In this document: positions 38,216 through 50,385 of the stretch, in pieces
Layout: each line of letters begins with the position of its first letter
How positions within the stretch are numbered: the first letter of the stretch is position 1
From: Leucoraja ocellata
Lineage: Eukaryota
Direction of reading: 5' to 3'
DNA length: 64,000 bases
NCBI GenBank assembly: GCA_036785375.1
Contig: JAWMAR010000048.1
Location: forward strand, 7,626,001 to 7,690,000
Made by a program: the position numbers and the translations under genes
Notes under the pieces: generated by a model
Told to the model about the DNA's origin: nothing
Database searches by the model: none
Seen by the model: only the letters and a program-made list of their open reading frames with translations

Positions 38216-38769
38216 GACAGTGTTATGGTAATGACCCCTCCGTTTTAACAATTGAGAAATATCTGGCATTGTCAGCCTATTTAAAAGTTAGAGTAAATTA
38301 TTTTGTTTTCCGATAGCAAAAGAGCACACATTGATAAACATTATTAAAGTGGATTTTTAACATAGTTATAGTTAAGTAGAGACTGCATGAATGAACATGC
38401 AGTGGCAGCACACAGCATTCAATTATTCAAGCACAATCATGGATTATAAACAGCCCATGTAGATTTAAATCATCTTACAAAATTGGTTTTCACTATTTAC
38501 ATGTTTTACACTTCCAATACTCTAGCTTTTACAGTAATGGTAATGTTTCAAATTTGTCATAGAATGGAACCAGTTATCCATGACTCATTGTGAAGTTTTA
38601 ACCATCACACTCCACATGTGACATTTATTCTCTTACAACAATATTGGTACTGTTATTTCACTGGTGTTTTAGAATTGGGAGAAGAAGGAGAACACCCCAA
38701 CAAGCTTCATATTGCAATTTTATGAAATCTCTAACTGAGAACCTAATCTAACCCATTTATTAATGCTGG

Positions 38770-39169
38770 TTCTTGTCACCTTGTCGTGGTGGAGAAGCTT
38801 CCGTGGACCTGAGATCCTGTGAGCGATGCCGTCTGGAGCTATGCTCCTGGTAGGTAAGGTCGAGGGAGAGGTCTCTGACAAAGAGCAATCCAACCAAGAC
38901 CTCAACGGTGGAACATGCGGAGGACGATGGCTGACTTTAGTGGAGCATCACAACGGCTGGGAAGGCGGATGACGGCTGCAGCAGAAAATGTCTCCGGTCG
39001 TCTTGGACTCCGTGCCACTGGATCCTGACCCAGATCTGTCAAGGACCGTGTGGTGGCTGTCTGTGCATCAGTCTCCCCACGTTAAACAAAGTCACGCACA
39101 GGCGTCCTCCATATAGGGAATAGCACCCTGGAGACACCCATGGTCAGCCATATTCGAAGGGGGCCTAAG
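38770..39169 (+). mobile_element. RTE-derived non-autonomous element (5'UTR-like head)
   Basis: caccttgtcgtggtggag..gagcgatgccgt..gagaggtctctgacaaa resembles RTE/BovB/Expander 5' ends; GC-rich island ending in ctaag. Confidence 0.55.
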
Positions 39170-40639
39170 AAATCTTGTACTACATTCGATTAAAATAGCA
39201 AGCTGTGCTGTCTTATCTAAATGGTAATTTTAGTGTACATGAAACAGTCATGATAATTCAATCAATGTGGATATTTAAAATTACTCAGAGGAACCACAGT
39301 AACCTTCATAATCTCCTTTATAGCTTTCAATTTTACAATTTCCAAAGATTAAGGACAAATGAATATGAGTGAATATTAATATATAATTTTCATTGTATTT
39401 TAACTTGTCATTAGAAATGTAAAACTTTAGTAAAACTCTAAAAGAACAATTGAACAAATGAATACAATATATGAAAAAATACATCAAAGGAAAAAAAATC
39501 TTCATTAAAAAAAAATTGAATTTGTAATCCGATTCCAGGACTTTGTTCATTTTGTCATTGATTCTTTTGTCACTGATAAAACTTCAAATGTCACTATATT
39601 AATTATACAATGCTGAGAGTTCACAGACTAAATATATCAAAGGATAAAGGGATTTGTTGCAATTTTTAAAAGCATCAATTAGAATAACAGTGTGATAGCA
39701 TCCTAGAATGTAACTCTGTAACATAATTACAATCCTTGTGCAAGCCTTTGAAAAAATATAACTTCCGTGCTGAAAAAAAATGAGCATTGTTTACTTTAAT
39801 AGTACAGTCTTAGTAAAACTGCATAAATAAATATGATGAACGTCGCCAATTTCATTATTTATCCCACTCTGACTATCTGCTCCTTTCCTGCTGAAATTTG
39901 TCCTTAGCGACTTAAACTAACACTATGCGAAGTCAATGCAATCAAACTCAATCTCTCTCAAAGGAAGGTGCAAACAACTTTTTTAATAAAAGTTAGATAT
40001 ATTGTTTCTTAACCATCTGAAAAGGTTAAAATAGTCCACTGTGGAAACGTTTTTTGTTAAAACTGACAACCAGCAAGCAGTTTCAAATCTGCTCCAGTCA
40101 ATTTTAACTTCCACTTACCTGCAGAGGTCTGAGACTGAGCTGGAGTCATCTGATTTTCACCAATGCCAAAGGACTGCCATATTATCGATCCATTTGTCAT
40201 CCTGTATTTTTACATCGTGTATTTTAACTACCATTATACCAATTTCACCTTCAACCAACTTTCAATTAATTACTGCGAAAGTGCTATCAAACATCACCTA
40301 CTCAACAATAACCTGCTCTCGTGTTCAGTTTCCATTTCACCAGGGTTACACAATCACAGAACAGATTAGTCTTGAATGTACAGAAAAACATGTCCGGAAG
40401 AGCTGAGAGTAGGTGATCTTAATCTCAAGGCAACATTTGACCAGGGACCAGGGCAACCCTTCCACAGGTTGATTCTGAGCAAGAAGACTTGGACACTGTC
40501 CAAACATCAATTGCCAACTGGCAAGTGAGATTTCCCACACAAATATCAAGCAGTTAGGGTTTCCAAAAAAAGACATTCACTCGTATATTGTTGTCACTAC
40601 ATGCAACACTTGGAATGATCATTAACTTGCTTGTGGCTT

Positions 40640-40748
40640 GCAGTTTCATCGCTGACGGTCGATCCAGCTCGAGGTTTTTCAGGCGAGTGCCCTCGAGCTT
40701 GAAGGTGGAAGAGACTCGCTGAAAAGTCGCGTTAGTGGGACAGGCCCT
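40640..40748. mobile_element. Right end of a Harbinger MITE (same family as 34466-35151)
   Basis: gtttcatcgctgacggtcgatccagctcgagg...agtgggacaggccct followed by TAA. Confidence 0.85.
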
Positions 40749-41104
40749 TAATTCTCGTGTAACAAGATAAAGCACAGTGCTTTACTTTTATTTTGTCATA
40801 ACACTTACAATTTCAAGTTACATTATTATTTTAGATGTGAGAGGAAAACTAATCAAATAAGATAATAAAAAGTATAATCGGAATCGGAAAGTGGGAAAAA
40901 GTTTAGTTTAGTCTTTTTTGTCACGTACTAATATTCAGTGAAAAGCTTTACTTTGCTTGCTATCCAGTCAAATCAGGTGTGCAATCATACTGATAAAAGT
41001 GTGGAACAATTGTGAGATAATAATAGATTTTCTCTGGAACAGCATGCAGAGTCTTCATCTCGTGCCATTTTCCAACTTTTAAGTCTCAAGGCACTGAAAA
41101 TATC

Positions 41105-41282
41105 AAGTTTGTAGGAAGGAACTGCAGATTCTGGTTTACACCGAAGATAGACACAAAATGCTGGAGTAAGTCAGTGTGGCAGGCAGCATCTCTGGAGAGG
41201 AAGAGGGTCTCGACCCGAAACGTCACCCATTCCTTCTCTCCATAGATTCTGCCTGTCAAGTTACTCCAGCATTTTGTGTCTA
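41105..41282. mobile_element. Fold-back Penelope terminal insertion, centre partly deleted
   Basis: Inverted arms; retains gggtctcgacccgaaacgtc; 13-bp TSD CACTGAAAATATC at 41092-41104 and 41283-41295. Confidence 0.9.
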
Positions 41283-41934
41283 CACTGAAAATATCGATTC
41301 TGATCTTGGCCTTAGGAGATATGCCTTTCTCATATTTTTCAGTTTACGGCCCGATATCCTGGAAGCACTGGATTGATGATGTAAGGGTCGGCCTGGGCCA
41401 GCATGGTGCGGTAGGTTCCTTTCAGGGCGGCACTCAGCCAGCTGCTTCAGGGCCTCCAGCAGCCGAAAGAATAAATATGTTAGATGGTCAAGAGCAGACC
41501 AGGAAAGTTAGAAGCCATAGAACTTACCCATGAAAGTTCAGCAATAGATCCAGTTGAATAATCAGTCAATAGTCACCTAATACTAAAGATAAAACCCGCT
41601 GTCTTCATAATTAAAATCTCTCTGAACACTCGATATTTTGCTTAAATTAGAAGCCCGGAGTAAAGTTGTTAAGTTCAGACCTCAAATGGATTCTTTAATT
41701 TTTTACAATTCAATAAGTGAGTTTGGTATTCCAAAAAACGCAAGTAATCATGGGATTTGGCAATGGTCATTCGCGATAAAGAGAAAGTGAACAAAGTGCT
41801 GGCTGTATAAACTGTGAATAAATTCTTATCTTTATTCATAGTTTATGTGTAAAAATATATTTAATCTGAGGAACGGGGGTGTCAGGTAGCGGGAGAGCGG
41901 GGTGTAACAGCGAGAGAGAGGAGACAGATGCGAG

Positions 41935-42390
41935 TGGGAGACAGGGGGAAAGGCTGGACGGGGGGAGAGACTGGACCGGCGGAGAGACATTCTCGACAGC
42001 TGCGCTGCTGCGCGCACATAGACCCGCACTTCATCCTCCATCCCCCCCCCCCCCACCCCGAGTGTCCCAGCTCCGCCTGGGGGATGGCCGGAGACACCAG
42101 CCCGGAGCAGCAGCGGCCCCAGGCCCACCGCCAGCGCAGCTAAGAAGCACCAACTCCAGTCCAACCCCGCTCCAACTCCCGAGAAACCCGCTTCCCGATG
42201 GGTCGCTTTGGCGACAAGTGCCTGGCCGAGCTGTGCTCCCTCAGCTGCCACCCCAAGTACAAGACGGAGCCATGCCGCACTGCTTGCCCCACACAGCGGC
42301 CGCCGGCCAACCCCCCCCCCCCCCCCCACGAGAACCGAGCACCAACGATCAATGGGGACACACACAAAACTGCAGCAACACAGCAGGCTC
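41935..42390 (+). pseudogene. ZFP36: Degenerate ZFP36/TIS11 (tristetraprolin-family) tandem CCCH zinc-finger pseudogene fragment
   Basis: FGDKC-LAELCSLSCHPKYKTEPCRT matches the family sequence YGDKCQFAHG.HELRSL.RHPKYKTELCRT; upstream (R)RHS and HRQRS, downstream KLQQHS in the expected order; frameshifts and deletions; paralog not assignable. Confidence 0.75.
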
Positions 42391-42805
42391 CCCCGGCAGT
42401 CCAGGGCTGCCAGCCAACGTCGCCCCCCCCCCCCCCCCCCACCGGAATACCGAACTCGCTTATTAACATGATGTTACACTTGAAAGAAAGCAATGCTGTC
42501 ATTAGTTTATAATCTGTAAAAGCTTTATTTTTTACCCAATCCTACCCTGGTCTAAATTAAAGAGTAATTGGTTAAATGAACTTTTGTTGCTATCAAATTC
42601 TGAACTCCGGAGAAAGGGTCACTTATGTAACAACATGAAGCCTACAATGAACTGTGGCTCAGCATGCACTGTCTGTCAATTTGGGATACATCTCCATTGA
42701 AATCAAAATGATGTATAGATAATTTCCTCGAGGTTTACAGCATTCATTGGTCTCCTAATCAATTTTTTTTTCTCTGACTTCAGTATAAACAAAATTAAAT
42801 AGGCC

Positions 42806-42922
42806 AAAAAAAAACACAAACTGCTGGAGGAACTCGGCAGATCAGGCAGCCTAGCCCGCTGAGTCCCTCCAGCAGTTAGATTTTTTGCTTCAGATTTAGG
42901 CATCATCAGTCTCTCGTGTCTC
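42806..42922. mobile_element. Old fold-back Penelope remnant
   Basis: aactgctggaggaactcggc / gctgagtccctccagcagtt inverted arms. Confidence 0.65.
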
Positions 42923-45906
42923 CATTAAACATAAACCGTCTGATACAAAAGTAAATTTCAAATGTATGCATGTAATATTTGCACACCATGTACATTATTA
43001 CATACCAGGTCTATCCTCAATAAACTATTGATAATGTCTACAAATATACGTAGTGACCCAGATACAATTGGTAACTATTTATAATTAAAATAATTTGTAA
43101 CTGTGGCAGGTAATAATTGGACCTTCTTTTGTAAACAATTGCATGACCATTAAAACAAAATGGTTAATTAACTTCATACCAATTTTACGTCATACTCAAA
43201 ATTTAAAAATGCAGCAACAGGATGATAGGATGTCCTTAATCGTGGGTGCAGAATGGCCACATATATATATGCAAAATGAGCATCACATTATCCTTGGTGA
43301 GAGACCACTGGATTGTAATTGCATATTTCAGTCACTTTAAGCAACTATTTTTAGTTATGAATATAAATGTTCCAATTTTCTAAATTACAATTTACAGTGA
43401 TATAAATATATTCTTACATAGATATGAAGTCATGGTTATAGAGAGACCAGGATGAAATGAAATTGTGCATTGCAATTGTTTGTGATGGGAAAGGACACAT
43501 CACAATTCTGGATTATGTGGTTATCTACCATGATTAGGACCCAGACATGAAGCAAGTTTTGAGTAGAATTTTGCACGGAAGTGGTCAGATGCCCCAGACG
43601 ACCTCATGCTGGGCTATCAATTAAGTGGACTCTGATGGTATTTTTAATGTTGGTTAGTCGACAACATAGGGAGTTCCAAAACATTGTGGATACTTTCCAA
43701 GACGGTAAATAGTAATTTTGAAATGAGGCACTTGAAGTAATTGTTGTGTGAAACAGAAACAGACTGCTGCAAAAGACTAAAATAACAGGGAAGAGGCGGA
43801 GGAGCAGTCACGGGAAAAGCACGCATAGCACGTAAATTCCATACAGAAACACCAGCAATCAGAATTAAATATGGTTTGCCTTCACTGAACTAAATTACTG
43901 ACATGTACCTTTTGTTGGGCAATGAAAATTCAACTGAGCTTATTAAATGTGTCAGCCAAATGCTGTATCAAAACTAAAATCAGTTCATTATCCTAAACAG
44001 CAGTGTCAGTTTTTAATTAAACTTCGTGTATGCATTTAAATTTTTTAATAGCTCACATAAAGTTGTTCTTGTCAGTGCAATGCGTTAAAATAAAAAATTC
44101 TCAATCTCTCACAAGGTCATGCAACCAATATTACCTTTACTACATTAATTACATCTGTCAGCTTGTCAATTAAAAATGCAAAAAAACCAACTCCTCCTCC
44201 TTGCTTTGTCTTCTATGATAACCGTGCAACTATAGACATCTATGGTGTCCACCCCTCAACCAAAATACTGTTGCTCCCATACTGAACAGTGCTAGCAGAA
44301 TTGTACAAAGTTTTTCTACTCGCTAACATGGCTTCATGCGCTCCGGCAGATGCACAGTTGGCTTCTCTGAATATCTTCAATTGTTTTCTGAGTTGAATGA
44401 CTCATCTCTTTGCGAAGGGTGTTTAATCCCAAGGTGGTGCTTTAGTTTATTTTAGTTTAGTTTATTTGAGCATCCACTCAAAGGGTCACGGTTGTTCATC
44501 AGAATCAATACATGCAAAACCCAAGCCCAATTATGATTGGCACTTTCCTTTTTCTGCCAGGCTGTTTTGCCATTTCATCGCAACAAAAATCCTGCCCTTT
44601 ACATTTCAAAAGCACAGCATTATTTTCCACATTTAAAAAAAAACTGGTTTAGTTCCACTCAGGATTTAAATTTCGCAGTTTGTTCCTTCCCTCCTAAAGG
44701 TCCAGTTGTGGCCTGAGATTTTCATTTATAGCAAGATCTACCTATTTACTGTTAAGATTTTCACCCCACGAAGATCCATTCAGCAGATTCAAGGATTTGT
44801 TTCTTTGTGGCTTAATGTACTCACATTCAAGCACATAAAGCAACTCCAAACTATTGGATCAGTTTTGTCTTGGGTTCAGGTTGCTCAAAGTTTACAATCC
44901 AAATCACTTTCTCTTTTGGAAGAAGTAAAGAACAATGATTTTAAGACGTGCAAGCTAAAGGATCCTTGTAAAGCAGACCAGGTCTGATGGACATTTAGCT
45001 TGTCGGTTTTTAACCGTCATCTTGGCACCTTATTAACAGTCATCCAGTGCCCTGCTTTTATCTTTACCATACCCTGCGGTTTGAATATGGTTTTATTTAT
45101 GCAGAACTCAAAGAATTACATCGCAAAATGTTATGGCACGTGGAAAAGCGTCTTAATTTGCAGTGTGTGATCAGCTTGTAAGAGCATCAGTTGCTCACAA
45201 AGCAGTCATTTTGAGTGATAAAAGACAGTTCACTTTATGTACTCCACTAAACAGGTAAGCCATTGATTGGGGATCAAGGCCTAGATTGCATCATGACGGT
45301 TGCTTGGTGGAAAGGGGACTGGGGATCTCAAGGCTTAGGGTCACACGAGGGAGCCACCGTGAGTGCTATTTGTCATTTAAACAGGACCTATCTGAGGCTA
45401 GTTCACAGTGCCCTGGAACTTCCAACTTTAACTCACGACAAAGCAGCATTTGCGAGATACATAGTGCACACAACTGGATCCTGTCGTCCACCTCCAAATA
45501 CTTCCATCATCACAGATCCCAGGAAAAATGAAAAATGATCTGTCTCAATGATTACCACTCGGTAGCACTTATCAACGATCATGAGGAGCTTTTAAACATT
45601 TGTAATGGCTCACATTCTAGACCTTCTGTAATTTGCGTATAGGATAAATCCATCAAAGGAGGATGCTATTTCACTCACACTGCGTTCAGCCCTGGGATAC
45701 CTACATCACGATGCCATTCATTGTCGACAGCGCAGCTTACAATCCCATAATACCAAATAAGTCAATCCAAACTACTGGACCCTGGCCACATTGCCTTCAT
45801 CTGTAACTAGCCTTTAGTTGATTAGATTGGTCACAACATTTCCTGCACCCTGATCCTCAACAGTGGTGGTGCCCCTCTGCATTGTGCACTCAATCCCTTG
45901 CTCTAC

Positions 45907-48395
45907 TTGAAGATAGACACAAAAAGCTGGAGTAACTCAGCAGGACATTGATTGACAAAATGATCGGTGCTACCTCCTGCACCCATGCAGAACTCATGGA
46001 CTTCATCAATTTCACCACCAATTTTTATCCTGCACTCAAATTTACTTGGACCATCTCCGACACCTTCCTCGCCTTTCTTGATCTGTCTCCATCACAGAAA
46101 ACAGACTATTCACAGACGTCTATTGCAAATCCACTGACTCCCACAACTATCTCGATTACACTTCTTCCCACCCTGCTCCCTTCAAAAACTCTACCCCCTA
46201 CTCCCAATTCCTCCGTCTACGCCGCATCCACGCCCAAGATGAGGTGTCCATGCCAGGGCATCCAAGATGTCCTCATTCTTTAGGGAATGGGGGTTCCCCT
46301 CTCCCATCATAGATGAGGCACTCAGGTTTCCTCGGTACCCCGCAGTTCCGCCCTTGCTCCACCTCCCCCTCGTCGTAACAGAGACCGAGTACCCCTAGCT
46401 TACCTTCCACCCCATCAGCCATCGCATACATCACATAATCCTCCAAAATTTCCGCCAGTTCCAACGGGATCCCACTACTAGCCACATTTTCCCCTCTCCA
46501 CCCCTTTCCACCTTCTGCAGAGACCATTCCCTCCGCAACTCCCTGGCTAACTCATCCCTTCCCCCACAAACCACCCCCTCCACAGGTACCTTCCCCTGCA
46601 ACCACAGAAGATGCAACACCTGTCCCTATACCTCCTCCCTCGATTCTGTCCAGGGACCCCGACAGTCCTTTTAGGTTAGGCCGAGGTTCACGTGTACATC
46701 CTCCAACCTCATCGACTGTATCCATTGTTCAAGATGTGTAGGTATGTTGCAAAGCCTACCTGAAGCGTCGCTGAAAATCTGTCCCAGCTCATGTGCGCGA
46801 TTTTGGCGCCATTTAGAGGGGTGCGGGTTTAAAACGCGATTTTTCACTAGGCTGTTCAAATCGAGATTTTTCAGCCTAGTTAATTATTAACGAAAAATCG
46901 CTGGAAGATTCCGTAGCTGGAGCTATTTTTAGTTTTAAGGGCTTTCTATACTTGTTATGGTAGGTTAAAAATTAACTTCTAAACCCCTGACCGCCGGCAA
47001 CCGGCCGGATCTTATACAGCGGACAACAGAAGGTAGGCTGTTTATTTTTACGTTAAAAAGGGCTTCTTAAGATCCCTTTATACAAAGTTTAATGTTGCGA
47101 GTAGCTAATTTTGGGCCCATTATATCCCGCAGTATTTTTCTGGGCATTTGAGGGCACAAATCTAGCACAATGTGAGCGTTCTAAACCAGCGCGTTCACAG
47201 GATCTCACTAGAAAGCTGATTTAAATGGACTTTAATTTACAGCAATTGAACACTAAATTCCTTCCATTTGGCCTATAAATTAATGTAAATGAGACTTAAA
47301 AATCATGTTTTATTGTGAATTATTTGTGAATATTATTTGGACACTTAGGCTATTTAAAAATGTTAATCATTTATTAAGAAATGGTAGATGTTTAGATCTA
47401 GTAATTGAAGTCTGAAATTAGCTACAATTGGGTAACTAACTAATTATATGCTTTAATTTCAGGTCATCCAAGTGAGATTATTTTATATTTGTTTCAGAAT
47501 GCTTCAATCCATGATAACTGAAAATTTCATTCAGTTCTCTTACTTTTGTAAGAAAGTTATGGGCTTTTGACTGTCCACGATCACAGCTTTTTTATTATGT
47601 CCATAGAAAATCAATAGGGAACAAGATGCTAATTTCCGAGTATGAAAATAGCCATAACTTTTTAAATACTTGAGATATGAAAGTGAATTAGGTGTCAAAT
47701 TAAACTTATTTTTATGCTTTATCTGATGGGATAAATTGCAGACTTGATTTTTAAAATCTCAAAATTTTGTAACATTGCTAAGATGTGGACTCGTACATCG
47801 GCGAGACCAAACGCAGACTGTGCGATCGTTTCGCGGAACACCTTCGCTCAGCCCGCCTGAACTTACCTGATCTCCCTGTTGCCAGACACTTTGATACTCC
47901 TTCCCATTCCTACACAGACCTTTCCGTCCTAGGTGTCCTCCATTGTCAGAATGAGGCTAAATGCAAATTGGAAAAACAGCATCTCATATTTCGCTTGGGC
48001 AGCTTGCAGCCAGTGGTATGAATATTGATTCCTCTCACTTCAGGTAGCCCCAGCATTCCCTCTTTCTCTTTCCCTCCCCCACCCGTCGCATTAGCTTCTC
48101 GTTTTCACCCTACAAACAGCTGACAATGGCCCGTTTCATTTATCATCGTTACTTTTTTGCATATATTTCATTTGTTGTTCTTTATCTATCCCCATCACTG
48201 TCTATATCTCTTGTTTCCATTATTCCTAATCAGTCTGAAGAAGGGTCTTGACCCAAAACGTCACCCATTCCTTCTCTCCAGAGATGTTGCCTGACCTGCT
48301 GAGGTACTCCAGCTTTATATAACCATATAAAGCTGGAGTACCATTTATGTGTCTATCTTTGGTTTAAACCAGCATCTGCAGTTCCTTCTTACACA
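45907..48395 (+). mobile_element. Penelope-like element, 5'-truncated (RT C-terminus, GIY-YIG, pLTR) with an inverted terminal piece at its 5' end
   Basis: ELMDFINFTTNFYPALKFTW..FLDL; PCNHRRCNTCP; YIGETKRRLCDRFAEHL; hammerhead-like pLTR at 48235-48262; 12-bp TSD CCCTTGCTCTAC at 45895-45906 and 48396-48407, inside an old Rex1-like fragment. Confidence 0.93.
46739..47780. mobile_element. Non-autonomous hAT-like DNA transposon, 1042 bp
   Basis: Imperfect 15-bp TIR TAGGTATGTTGCAAA vs TAGCAATGTTACAAA; 7-bp TSD AGATGTG at 46732-46738 and 47781-47787. Confidence 0.85.
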
Positions 48396-48524
48396 CCCTT
48401 GCTCTACCCCCTGTACACTATGGCTAGAGCTAAGTGCAATGCCAACGCAATCTTTAAATTTGCCAATTAAACGGCTGGATTTACACCAACGAGATAAAGC
48501 ACAGGAAAGAGATTAAGAACATGG

Positions 48525-48800
48525 ATCTGCAGATGCTGATTTCCAAAAAAAGACAAAGTGCTGGAGTAGCTCAGTTGCCAAAGCAGCATCTCTGGAGAAC
48601 ATTAATCGATGATGTTTCATGTCAGGACTCTTTTTTTAGACCGATTATAGTCAGGGAGGAGAGAAGTTGAAGAGAGGGAAAAGGTCTGGCAAGCGTAAAG
48701 TGGTTATAGGTGAGGGTATTTTTTTAATTGCCAGTTGGTTAGATAAAGGCCACAGTTATAAAGACAAAATGTGCTCGCTAAGGAGATGAGGATATTAAAG
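48525..48800 (-). mobile_element. Degenerate Penelope pLTR fragment
   Basis: ctgcagatgctg..gctggagtagctcag..gcagcatctctggagaac followed by a purine-rich tract. Confidence 0.7.
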
Positions 48801-49528
48801 GACAAATGGGTGTGCATCATTTCAAGAACCATGTGTCACAGTATCAGGTCAATGACCCAGCTGTTAACATCAGCATGAGGATGAAAATATTTTTTGACCT
48901 AACAAAGCAAGTGGGTGAACACAACCCTGTCTTCATCCATGTCCTGCTGAGGAGATCGTCAATGGCTTCAGGTTCCTCGGCATCCACATCATCAGCAACT
49001 TAATCTGGTCCTTTCACATTGTTGTAGTGATCAAGAAAGTGTATTAGCATATTTATTTTCTTAATTGTCTGAGGAGATTTGGCATGTCCCGGGGGATGTT
49101 GCCAAACGGAAAGCGGAGATTCTGAACCCGGCGGAGGGGATCGTCCAGCGCCCGCTGTGAGTCCCAAACGCACCGCCGTTGCAACGCCCCGCAGTGGCAG
49201 CCCCTTCCCCTCTGGTCCCCCTCCCCCGTGATACTCCCCTCTCTCCCATGGCTCTTCCCCCGTCTTTTCTCCAAGCTCTTCCCCCCACCCCACCCATACC
49301 CATAACCGAAGCTGCTGGTGCTTCCGGACCGATCTGAGGCCAGGCTCTGAAGGCGCTGACGCTCCTCTGAGGCACGCAAGGAGTGGGGAAGGAGAGGGGA
49401 TAGAGGGAGAGGAGTTATGGAGGGAGGGAGGGAGTGACTGAGGGTAGGGGAAAGGAGAGGGCGAGAGAGGTGAGGGAAGGATTGGGGGAGGGGAGGAGGA
49501 GAGGGGAAAGAAGAGGGAGGGTGAAGAG

Positions 49529-50385
49529 GAGTCAAGAGAGTCAATTTAATTGTCATTTGGACCCCTGGAGGTCCAAACGAAATGCCGTTTCTGCAGCCAT
49601 ACATTACACACAAATAGACCCCAGACACAACATAATTACATTTTACATAAACATCCATCACATAGCTGTGATGGAAGGCCAAAAAAACTTATCTCTCCAC
49701 TGCACTCTCCCCCCCCCGAGGTCAGAGTCAAAGTCAAAGCCCCCGGCTGGCGATGGCGATTGTCCCGCGGCCATTGAAGCCACGCCGGGTGGTGCGAGGT
49801 CGCACACCAGGTCTTGGTGTTGGAGCCCCCGGTGTGCGCTCGCAAAGTCCCGCGGCCATTCCAGCCGCGCGGGGCAGTGGTGTTGGGCCCCGCTCCAGGA
49901 GCTCTTCGACCCCGCAACACGGGCGGGAGAATTCGCCGTTGCAGGAGCCCCGAAAAGCGGTCTCCCTCCAGGGATCCGCGGGCTCCTGGTGCCGCCGTCC
50001 GCAGACCCGCAGTAGCAGCCTTCGCATCAGCAGCAGCAGCAGCAGCGGCAGCAGCAGCAGCGCTCCTCCACCGCTCCACCCGCTCCGGTCTCGGCCAGCT
50101 CCGCGACGGCAACGGTGAGTCGGCACCAGAGTCCCCGGCTTCTTCCCGTTGGAGGCCGCTCCTCGTTGCGGCCTCAACGACACCTAAGACCCGACGAGAA
50201 AAGGTCGGGTCTCCAGTGCAGGGAGAGATTCAAAAGTTTCCCCCCCCCCTCCCACCCCACCCCCATCCCCCCACACACACACCCCAACATAAAATAACAA
50301 AAACTACATAAAAACACAGACAAAAAATAATAAAAACGCGGACAGGCTGCAGAGGCCGCTGCTGGCCAGAGCCGCGCCGCCTACC
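49529..50385 (-). mobile_element. Non-autonomous Rex1-type retroposon (GC-rich head plus ttgac tail), CpG-rich
   Basis: Minus strand starts ggtaggcggcgcggctct, has a T-rich tract and ends aatgacaattaaattgactctcttgactc; inserted in a GA-rich tract. Confidence 0.55.
50028..50061 (+). repeat. (CAG)n microsatellite, one interruption
   Basis: cagcagcagcagcagcagcggcagcagcagcagc. Confidence 0.95.

Noticed and set aside
40119-40201. Possible minus-strand exon with a perfect CAG|GTAAGT donor (MTNGSIIWQSFGIGENQMTPAQSQTSA)
   Set aside because: The acceptor lacks a pyrimidine tract, the peptide is unrecognised and no partner exons were found
49053-50311. Long overlapping ORFs of 104-209 aa, including poly-Ala/Ser tracts
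   Set aside because: GC-rich repeat and (CAG)n give open frames on both strands; no recognisable domain
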